NCBI GenBank assembly: GCA_017499595.2
Contig: CM039007.1
Coordinates: forward strand, 1,364,001 to 1,428,000
DNA: 64,000 nucleotides
Direction: 5' to 3'
Origin: Psilocybe cubensis
Taxonomy: Eukaryota
Shown here in pieces: positions 29,527 through 39,153 of the stretch; positions within the stretch are counted from its first letter, which is position 1; each line of letters begins with the position of its first letter. Made by a program: the position numbers and the translations under genes. Below the pieces are notes generated by a model. That model was not told the DNA's origin and did no database searches. It was given only the letters and a program-made list of their open reading frames with translations.

Positions 29527-30552
29527 ATGGACACAAGCCAGAATCAACTTCCCTCCATTTCCCAGACTTCATCATCTCCTCTGATGTCCATTGCCCAGCC
29601 TCCTTCGGCCACACCGGGCAATTTCATTGATGCTGGCGACAACAACTTAAAGCAGGGCTCTCCAGATCCCCGACCTGAAAATGCAACCCAACAAACAATA
29701 AAATTAGACGATCTGGGTCCCATTGTAGTCAACAGCGACGGGGTTTGTATCATTTTTTCCAGGATCACTTGGATTGCTTATGATTGATAGCTAACCTTCT
29801 CTTTGCCTTATTTTCTACCCATGTACTTTTTCATCCTGAAATGTCTTAAACTCTCGAAAAAAAACATCACATCGGCTCAAACGGCGATGTTTGCGGCTTC
29901 GAATTTTCGATGTTGACCATGATTCGATCATTATATCACCGTCTGGGGTGTGCTGACTTCCGCCGAACGATTTCCTTGTTTTGGGTATCCAGACACTCTC
30001 GAGAATAGCCAATTGGGCGAACATGACGGATGCCGAACGCGAACGGACGCTTCGCGTCCTTTCTGCTAGAAACAGGTGAGAGAAACTTTGAACTCTACGC
30101 CATTCCGTGTAAAACAGGCTACACGACCTGTGCATTTCCGCAGAGGTTATTTTGCATGGATTCTGTGCTCTGCTGTACAGAAACCTGCTTCAATATCCGG
30201 CGTCTAGATGGCCAGTCCATGGAAGGTTGAATCTTCCTCCTCCCAGGACCGTGGTTGGCCGTGGCCCTCTACTACCGGAGTGGGCTGTACACACGCTTAC
30301 ACACACGCACCCTCTTTCTTATGATTTAATCGTCGATGTAATTCATATTTCTGACATTTCCCCCTAATTCCTTTTATGTATCCCGACAGACAGCGCATAG
30401 CGAATGAGGAAAAGAAGCAACGGGAGCGGGAGCATGGACAGGAGGCGGACGAATCCGGGTCCGCTAGGTCTGCACCGTTGTCGCTTATGGGAACGGCTTC
30501 GACCAACTCGGACAATTCGAATTTAAGCTTGCAGCCAGGCGCTGCTCAATGA
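29527..30552 (+). CDS. Small conserved hypothetical protein (3 exons)
   Basis: Spliced core IKLDDLGPIVVNSDG|TLSRIANWANMTDAERERTLRVLSARN|RQR resembles a conserved fungal motif of unknown function. GT-AG introns. Confidence 0.75.
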
Positions 30553-31426
30553 ATGAAGGTCAGCATTTCAATTTACCCCCTATCCTTTTTTTGCGATGAG
30601 AAGGAGAAGTTTGGGAAGGACCTATCTCAAGTCAGCAAAGAATTGTCGGCGAGTCTTCAATCTTCAACGCTATTTCATTTTTTTGTTACCGTCTGTTGTT
30701 GTAAACTGGAGTCGGAATGCTGACGACTATCGGTTATCTGCATAGGTCCAATTGTGAGACTTTTCGAGCCTGAAGGTGTACTTTGTGCTATTTGATCGAA
30801 CACTACCCACCGAAGTCAAGAAGGAAGATATTGTTGTGATAGAGAAGATCAGGAGTGACCCGGCACGCCACGCAAGGCCACGCACTGTTCGTACTTGTCC
30901 TATCTGGTCGGGTCGGAGTATCGGCCGTAGGTAAACATCCCTTCTATGTTTGAATAGGGGTCCATCCGCCCGATGGAGTGCTTTGGACATGGGACAGTGG
31001 GATGTGCAGCGGACGTCATGGTTAGAAGGACATTGAGAGGTGTCGACATCCACGGTCAAGTTTCAACAGAAGATCGACGAAAGGGCATATGTAAATTATT
31101 TTATTTCTACGAAATTATTTAGTCCTCTTCAACACGAATCCCCCGTTCCCTCAATGGGTATTATGCATCCAGTATTTGTCTTTAAATTATGTTTGTGATT
31201 TTGCATTGTGTTTCTACAACAACCTTAAGTGAATCGGTAGTTGTCATCTTAACACCTGGACCGCAGGTTCCATTTCGATACCAATTGGTTCTAACTGTCT
31301 AAAGGAATTGCAGCGCTCTTTTCGGCATAAAACACTGTAGCAAGTTCTACGATTTGTTATTTACCGACGGACGATGGTGCGGGCGCTTAGCGCTTAAGCC
31401 GCATCACTCGGGTAGCATTTGAGCAT

Positions 31427-32325
31427 TATGGAAAGCCGGAAGAGCGAGGTGCCCAGACACAAACCAAACATCGTCCGGCAGGTATGCCGAGTGATCGATA
31501 GGCAACACACAATCCCGCTATGCCTGAATGACTTCCGACACCCTGCACCGAGTCCACTATACAAATAAGTATATTCCATTACATACTTAGGTATGCTATT
31601 TTTTGCCCTCTATCGTTTAGTTCTGCCCTTGAAGAAAGGCAATAAATTCAATATTGTTGCATGACTAAGCTGACCGCGATATTTGGGCCTTGGCTAGCAC
31701 AACGATGATACGAGAGGAAGTGAACTAGGACAGGTAAGCTGTTTTTAAAAAGAGCCTATTTCCCAATTAACCCTCTTGTATCTCTTTCTTTGTCTACTTC
31801 TTTTGAACACCTTATTTATACAGTATAAATGCAGCTATGTAGTAGCTAGAGAACCGGTGTCGAGTACAGAAATACAGAGTACTTTAATTTGTCTATTCGA
31901 CCTCTAAGCATCATTTTTGAATATTTTCCGTGTGCCGCTAAGGAATCGCTGTTACTTTCAGAGTCACATTAAAAAACTTGCAACTGACGCAACACCTTTC
32001 TCACAGGCCATAACTAAATAATAGAGGGCAAAAGATAACTCGAAAAGTCGGCTTCGACGCAATTACCTGCCATGCCAGTAACCAGTAAATTTGCTTGATA
32101 TTGTGTACTAATGTAATAATTATGTGTGTATCCAATTTACCTACCCATGGCAGGTAATACGTAAAGAATGTAACGGAATATATTTATTTGTATAGTGGAC
32201 TCGGTGCAGGGTGTCGGAAGTCATTCAGGCATAGCGGGATTGTGTGTTGCCTATCGATCACTCGGCATACCTGCCGGACGATGTTTGGTTTGTGTCTGGG
32301 CACCTCGCTCTTCCGGCTTTCCATA
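31427..32325. mobile_element. Non-autonomous TIR element (MITE-like, IS3EU-type ends), 899 bp
   Basis: 142-bp TIRs (31427-31568 / 32184-32325) starting TATGGAAAGCC. 6-bp TSD GAGCAT at 31421-31426 and 32326-32331. AT-rich non-coding interior. Confidence 0.93.
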
Positions 32326-32386
32326 GAGCATGAACCTCAGCCCGCCCCGGATTCATTTTTAAAAGTTTGGAAATGGGTCGTTTATC

Positions 32387-32439
32387 TATGGAAAGCCAGA
32401 CTGATCTGCTCAATGTTTGGCTCATGCCGCGTGATGGCC
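32387..32439 (+). repeat. Left TIR (53 bp)
   Basis: TATGGAAAGCCAGACTGATCTGCTCAATGTTTGGCTCATGCCGCGTGATGGCC is the exact reverse complement of 45645-45697. Confidence 0.97.
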
Positions 32440-32803
32440 TTTGTAAATTAAACAATAAATAAATAAATAGTCATTTTGCTTTATAAATCAAGGTGTATCA
32501 CGATGTCACCGTGACTGATTAAATATTTGTTCGGTACTGAATGTGTAGAGCACAACTCGCTGCAGAGTACTTTCAGTATTGTTCACATACCTTCATATTT
32601 TTGCTCCTATAAATTACTTTTAATAATTAAGAACCAAACCTCCCGCCCTATGGAAACCCATAGAACTTTAGAACATTGATATCAATTTGAAATGTCACGA
32701 CAGGAGTAGGTGAATAGGAGTCCATTGAACCGATGGATGACTTGGACACTTTTATTCCTTAACCATTTCCACGATTATCCTGCTTTATTCACCATTTTCT
32801 ATT

Positions 32804-35561
32804 ATGAACAAGCCAACTGGAGATTATGAGGCCGAGTTTACATCGGAGCAGAACATGCCAGTTCAATGTAATCGATGCAAACAGCAATTTGCACCGGGTA
32901 CCCGGCTCCAATGGATGCATAATAAGCATCAAGGCGAAGGGTGTTACCTTTGTGGCTCATGCTACGAGTACTATTTATCGAAGAAAACTACGATACGTCG
33001 TGATAACAATCAGGGTCACAGTTAGTCTATCTTTAATATTTATTGTTAATTGACTTTATAATCTTTATTAGAGTCCGAAATAGCAGCTCGTAATGTTAAA
33101 GCTTTGCCGGTTGCTTCAGCTGCCGCTCACGTTGGTCGTGGTGAGTAATGTTTAATCTTTGGAATAATGGTTTCTCATTTAAATTGAAAATTAATAGTAG
33201 ATAATGCTGCAACTTCCGAAGCAGCTGTAGTCCAGAAGCATATTGCTGCAGCGCAGCGTGATGGTAAGTTAACCAACTATCCGGTAATGTCCAAATCTGA
33301 ATAATAATTAGAGCGCCTTGCACCTGTTGTTGCTGTGGGAAGAAATATTACACAAAGTGTTGCATATGGTTCTCCAGTCACAAATAGGCCTGCTCGACAA
33401 CAAGGCGTTAGCTCCTTTGGAGCTCTGTCTGGTCCTGGATCGACTGTTGTGAATGTTGGTCTTAAAGCCAAATCGCTTACCTTTCCACAAAAGGATTTAC
33501 TCAATCCGGGCTATCAAGAAGCACATGGATTTTATAACGAGATGCGCCAACATTTTGCGGCTATGGCGTATAGCTCCGTAGCCAATGCAGAGCTTGTAGT
33601 GGTCAAAGTTTGGCTTTCTGTCCGTGTTCCGACCAAAAAAAGCCCAGTTCATATCGCTGTAAGTAATTTGGTTCTTATTTCTATGATATATTCAGCTTAA
33701 TATTGGTATATTTTAGGGTCTTCATGAGGCCGTTTCAAATATTCCAGTTCATATAGGTCTAACTGATCTTAAACGGGTAATGTATTATGCTTTACTTCCT
33801 CAATTTTTGGAATGGTCAAAGGGGTTTCCTTTGCGTATCAATGACTGTGTTGTTAGGAATAAGTTATGGGTTGAACTTATTCCAAAACAGCCAGATGTTG
33901 ATGCTATATCGGAACACTTTTTCAGTTTCAAAGGTCGGAATAAGCTTTCAAAGATTTTTACTCCGAAGCAAGGAATTGAACTATACCTTTGTATTACTCA
34001 CCGCCTTTATGAGTCTATAATAGACCATATTACGGAGCCAAAGGAAACTTCTCATCGGCGGAATGATGAAATGCAGGTAAGTATTTTACTAGGTTTCTTT
34101 CGTAATGAGAATGACTAATATATTTTAAAGCCTTCAGCTTCGCTTCATGGAAGTATAGCATCTAAGGCTGTAAAGCGCAAATATTGGGAATCAGATGTTA
34201 GTAAACATTTTTGTTCTACTTACGACCACAGACTTACTGCAATTTTAGAATTTTGAGGCTGATCCAGTAGAGGGTCCATCACTTCAGCATACAGCAGATG
34301 AGCTAAAAAATGCACTTCAGCTTCAAGTCCCACCGCGCAAAAAAAATATGAAATCGTTATGTAAGTTTTAAATCTTTTTCTATGTTTAAAGTTAGAAAAT
34401 GTACTAAATTCATGTTTTTTTATAGTTCAGACAGTTATTGAAGATGTTTCGTTCTTCAAACTACCACCTCCAGTTTCATTCAGCGACTTGGTTAAAAACC
34501 CAGATGAGCTTCAAAATCCCCAGCACTTTGCACCAATGAATGCAACTATTTCCTATGATCCTTCAGCTATACCGTTTAAAGGAGCTTTTAAATTGGCTCG
34601 CGTGGGATATACTTCTACGCCCTTTCTCGGCAGTCGACTTTCAAATACTTGTATTTGTATCAAGCAAATATTTGGTGGTATTGACCCAGTAACAGACAAG
34701 CCTATTGTTTACGAGGGTCAAACTCAGGCGAAAAAGGTCAGCATTGAATTGAACTGTCTTGGTTGGGCATCTGCTCTTATGGAACTCGTCTATCAGTAAG
34801 CTTTTATTCTCAAATATACTAAAAAGATTCCAATTGCACTAATGCATGGTAAATTTATTAGGTTTATTCAAAGGAAAAAGCGCACCAGAGGAGTGCCTCC
34901 TTTTACTATTCCGGTTATGCGCTACGTCAACTCGGGTCTTGCTATTTCCAAGACCAACAATGCCAATGTCTACCTTTTGGAAGAATACATTGAAAGCAAA
35001 TCTCCTACTGGTGATGCATGGTTTGTGAAATATCTCAATAACAGCTCAGCACACCCCGTTTATTTCGCGAATCCGGAACAAAATGAATGGTCACAATTCC
35101 TCTCGTTTGCACAACACATTCAATATATTGAGACAAAGGGACTTGCCTTTGTTTCTGATTTTCAAGGCACGTATATCTTGTTTACTAAATTGTTACTTTT
35201 CTAACTAGTGCAATTCCTGATTATTATAGGCGGACGAACCCTTCTAACAGATCCTCAAATTATAACCCATCCGTCAGTAACCAGTTACTAATTTACATAT
35301 AGCGGTAGCTGATATTAGCCTTATTGTTTTAGCTCAATACCAGGCCTTATATTTGGTGACGGAAACACAAAATTTGAAACATTTGCTCTCGAGCACGATT
35401 GTAACAAATTTTGTCAATTTTTTGGACTTCCTAAAATTGACCGACCTCGTATCAATCTGGCCGACATTCCACCGCTAGTGGAATCGGATTCACTTCCCAG
35501 CCAAATTCGTCGTCAGAAAAGCGATTCCGGGAGTGCAGATATGGAATTATCAGAGGATTAA
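32804..35561 (+). CDS. Alpha-kinase (eEF2K/MHCK-like atypical kinase) with N-terminal CxxC...CxxC putative zinc finger, transposon-borne
   Basis: Exons encode CNRC..CGSC, FKGAFKLA, CIKQ, YLLEEYI, FVKYLNN, FAQHIQY, VSDFQG, LTDPQI, FGDGN and HDCNKFC..GL. The start codon is uncertain. Stop TAA at 35559-35561. Confidence 0.87.
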
Positions 35562-36199
35562 TAGCTTTCTTCAGACATGCTCTTAAATTGCTGAAGTCTT
35601 GTGTGCCATAATAAATGAATTGTGTGACAAAACTAATATTCTAAACAATGATCCTAGTAAATAAAATGATACACAGAGCGATCAGACAAAACTAGCAGCA
35701 CGGCAAGCCAATGCTAGATACCGTCCTGCTCGAAGACGCGACTTTGTAACTAAATGTGACGTGACTCGATTTTGTCACAGGCTCTTGGTTGATTATTCTG
35801 ACGTGTCTTAACTTGTGCTTTGTCGCCTCCCCTCCACTGATGCTCTCTCTGGCAACACTAAGAGGTTCACCGGTGTTTTTGAAAGCCTGCTGCTCACTTC
35901 ATAACACCAAGGATCATCCCTGGGCCAGGGTTATGGTGTGAGCAGCAGTTAATCAAACACAGTGGTGCCACAGGGTGTTCTTTACTGCCGTCCATGCCAC
36001 AACAAGCAGCCTGTTCAAACCAGCAACAAGGGAAAGGTGGAGGGGGTAAAGGGGAGGCCCATGAAATGGGGAATCCATAAGGTGTGTAACCTGCCATTTT
36101 CAGTGGCAAACATCACTTCCAACATCTCTATGAATAGGGCCCTACTTGCCCCCACCCCTCCCTCACAGTTTGCACCAATTAAGACGTCGGCGGGCATGT

Positions 36200-36600
36200 C
36201 TCTGCCGCCGCCGTGTTCCTCCGTTCGACGAGCAGCTTAAGCTGCTCGTTTCTGCCGCCGCCGCCCTCCTTCGTTTGACGAGCAGGAGCGCCGCTGCCGC
36301 CCTCCTCCGTTCGACGAGCAGCTTATGCTGCTCGTTTCTGCCGCCACCGCCCTCCTTCGTTCGACGAGCAGCTTAAGCTGCTCGTTTCTGCCGCCGCCGC
36401 CCTCCTTCGTTCGACGAGCAGCTCCTGCTCGTCTCTTGCCGCCGCCGCCCTCTCCTCCGTTCATGCTCGTTTCTGCCGCCGCCGCCTCCTCCGTCTGTTC
36501 GTCTCTTGCCGCTGCCGCCCCCTCCTCTGTTTGACGAGCAGCTTATGCTGCTCGTCTCTGCTCGTACAAGACGACGAGCAGTAACCTCGGCATTGCTGCT
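36200..36600. repeat. CpG-rich tandem array, ~50-bp unit with a 22-bp palindrome
   Basis: ACGAGCAGCTTAAGCTGCTCGT or close variants at 36228, 36314, 36364, 36414 and 36534, separated by (GCC)n-CTCCTTCGTTCG tracts. Confidence 0.9.
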
Positions 36601-37080
36601 TGTTTCGCCGCCTCCCGTCCCACCCATGTTACGACAAGCAGCGCCGACGTTGCAATTCATCCCGCCCCACCGCCCAGGTCATATCTACGAGACGACGAGC
36701 AGCAACTGTGAGGCTGCCGATTGTCTCGCTGCCTCACCGTGGCCCATCCATGAACCTACGAGCAGCTTTGCGACTGCTGCTCATCCCTCCACCCCAACGT
36801 CTCACCCTGTCCGAGCAGCGCAAAGAGGCGCGCGCGCAATGCCGCTCTTGTGTTGATGAGAGCGGCATTGCTGCTGCTACTCGTCCCGCCTCCTCCCAAC
36901 AACGCGCATTGACATAGCGACTCAACAGTGGCCCACCTTTCCTATCAACGACCAGCTGCTTCGCGCAGCTGGTCTGTGTCCGAGACTACAGCCGCCGCTG
37001 CCGCCGGTGTGTCCCGCCATCCCCGACGACTAGCATTCCGCTTCCACCGCCTCCATCGACGACCACCAGCACGAGGCAGC

Positions 37081-37530
37081 TGTCAGGGTTTCTCCAGTTT
37101 CCCCTCTTTATCTTCACAGAATTATCTTATCCTTTCATTATCTTATCAATTATCTGATTAGATAGTTTATTTCTTTCATCACAGCCTTCTTGTTCCACTT
37201 TTTTCTAGTAAATTCTATATGATTCCTAGTCTTACTCATTCTTTTTCTATATGATGTCACTTTTATTCTTTAACCTTCCTTTATGATGTAATGTAGGGAA
37301 TATTCTAGAATAGCTGTAGAGTATAAATACTGGACTTGTAGGTAGCTGTAGCTTCAGCTTCAATCTCTTAGGATATCCACTATCATTGGTGTGATCTCTT
37401 AGAACCATTGAATCTCTCTCACTCTCTTATTCTCTCTTTGCTCTCTTACTCTCTCTCTGCTCTCTCTCTCTCTCTCTTGCTTAATCTTTGTTGGTGGCCT
37501 TGTCACACTGATTATAGTGTTGCCCTGACA
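37081..37530 (+). repeat. 5' LTR (450 bp)
   Basis: TG...CA ends with 8-bp terminal inverted repeats, TATAAATA at 37322-37329. Appears identical to 43024-43473. Confidence 0.97.
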
Positions 37531-37532
37531 GA

Positions 37533-37543
37533 AGATTGAAGCT
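37533..37543 (+). promoter_or_regulatory. Primer-binding site, self-priming type
   Basis: AGATTGAAGCT is the exact reverse complement of AGCTTCAATCT at 37356-37366 in the LTR. It lacks the TGG start of a tRNA-type PBS. Confidence 0.75.
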
Positions 37544-38035
37544 CTCTCAAGACAACTCCACCATCTCTCTTTCAACACCAAACTCTTCACCTCTTCAACC
37601 TCTTCAACACCATCACCTCAACCTTCTTCCTCCACTTCCAACCCACCAACCTCTTCATCAACCTCTTCACCAATCTTCTTACCAATCTCTACATCTCCAC
37701 CAATCTTCAACATCCTCCTCAAAACCTTTCCTCAAGACCTTTCCTCAAGACCTTTGGCTCATCATCTTTCCTACTCTCTGTTGTGTGCTGTGTGTGAACT
37801 TAGTAGATAGGGATACCAACTGTTGGGGCAGACACAGTCCTACTAGTGTTCTGTTTTTGGTGGTCTAGGAAATATCCAGTAACCCTGTGATCCTAGGTTT
37901 AGAGCCCTGAGTGGTGTGACAACTGGGTATCCAGTAGATAGATATTTTTTTTAGAATACTTAGTATAGTTTCAAGGGCACTTTCAGTAGATAGCTTCTCC
38001 CACACACACATCAGAGAGCCTACCTACCCCTACCC

Positions 38036-39145
38036 ATGGACATGGACCCCTCCCAATTGCCTCCCACCACTCCTTCTGTGGAAGAGCTCATGCATCAGGT
38101 CCAGCTCCTTACCCAAGAGTTGAATTTTCTTAGACAGCAGCAGCAGTCATTATCCACTCCACCACACCCTCAGCAACCAGTCAGTCAGTCACCATCACCA
38201 CCACCACCACCACCACCTGCTGCTCTAGATATTCACTCTTTCCCTACCCCTCATGTTGCCCCTTCCTGTTCACACTCTGCCATTAAAGTCTCACCTCCAG
38301 ATCCATTTGATGGTTCTATGGAGAAGGCAGAAAACTTCCTCAGTCAGCTTAAATTATATTTCTATGGGAAAGGGATTACAGATGACTTTCAGAAAGTTAT
38401 TTGTGCTCTATCTCATATGAAAGGAGGTACTGCTGGGAAGTGGGCATATGAGAAGACTAAAGTAATAGACAATGCTCAGTCCCAAGAAGGTCTTTGGGCT
38501 GACTTTGTTTATGAATTTAGGGAAGTGTTTGCAGATCCAGACCCCTCCAACACAGCTAAGCATAAAATGCACATGCTCAAGCAAGGCAGACAGACTGCTG
38601 ATGAGTATGTTGCTAGCTTCAGGGCTCTGATCTCAGATACTGGGTATAATGATGCTGCTTTGGTAGACCAATTCAAGGCTGGGCTTAATGAAAATCTCAG
38701 GAATGCAGTCTACTATGTTCCTGACATGCCCAAAACCTTGGATGGATGGATTAAATGGAGTACTAGGCTAGATAGGCAGTGGAGACAGAGTGAGGCCTTT
38801 ACCAAGTCTCTTTCCTCCTCCTCTTCTTCTCCCTTCCTTAAAGCCCCAACTCCCAAGGCTGTTCCTAAGCCTACTCCAAATCCTCCAGTCTTTTCCAACA
38901 GCAGCTCAAGGACCTTTGGTGCTCAGGCAAAGCAACCAGATGTAGTTCCCATGGAGGTTGACTCTGGATGGAAGTCAGTTAGGCCAATTGTTTGCTTCAA
39001 GTGCAGAAAGCCTGGTCATAAGGCTGTAAACTGCAGGTCATCAGTTAACATCAATGCTATGACCCATGAAGAACTGGCTGACTACTTTGGGAAATTAATC
39101 TTGGAAGGCAAGGAGCAGAAAGATGAGGAAAAGAAAAATTTTTAG
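38036..39145 (+). CDS. gag: Gag (retrotransposon capsid with CCHC zinc knuckle)
   Basis: 369-aa ORF with PDPFDG, LKQG...EY..F and CFKCRKPGHKAVNC. Confidence 0.95.
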   Translation: MDMDPSQLPPTTPSVEELMHQVQLLTQELNFLRQQQQSLSTPPHPQQPVSQSPSPPPPPPPAALDIHSFPTPHVAPSCSHSAIKVSPPDPFDGSMEKAENFLSQLKLYFYGKGITDDFQKVICALSHMKGGTAGKWAYEKTKVIDNAQSQEGLWADFVYEFREVFADPDPSNTAKHKMHMLKQGRQTADEYVASFRALISDTGYNDAALVDQFKAGLNENLRNAVYYVPDMPKTLDGWIKWSTRLDRQWRQSEAFTKSLSSSSSSPFLKAPTPKAVPKPTPNPPVFSNSSSRTFGAQAKQPDVVPMEVDSGWKSVRPIVCFKCRKPGHKAVNCRSSVNINAMTHEELADYFGKLILEGKEQKDEEKKNF

Positions 39146-39153
39146 AAGCACCA

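Noticed and set aside
31394-32451. Two near-identical short ORFs (..GAGCRKSFRHSGIVCC..) on opposite strands
   Set aside because: They are translations of the MITE's inverted repeats.
35623-35779. 10-bp inverted repeat TGTGACAAAA / TTTTGTCACA
   Set aside because: Short, no TSD, and plausible by chance.
35836-35890. Possible hammerhead ribozyme (CTGATG...GAAA)
   Set aside because: The core reads CTGATGC rather than CTGANGA, and the flanking stems do not fit.
36200-36600. CRISPR-like look of palindromic repeats with spacers
   Set aside because: The spacers are themselves repeated, there are no cas genes, and the context is eukaryotic.
36146-37161. Many overlapping Ala/Pro/Arg/Ser-rich ORFs on both strands
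   Set aside because: They are by-products of the GC-rich tandem repeat, with no domain or splice structure.
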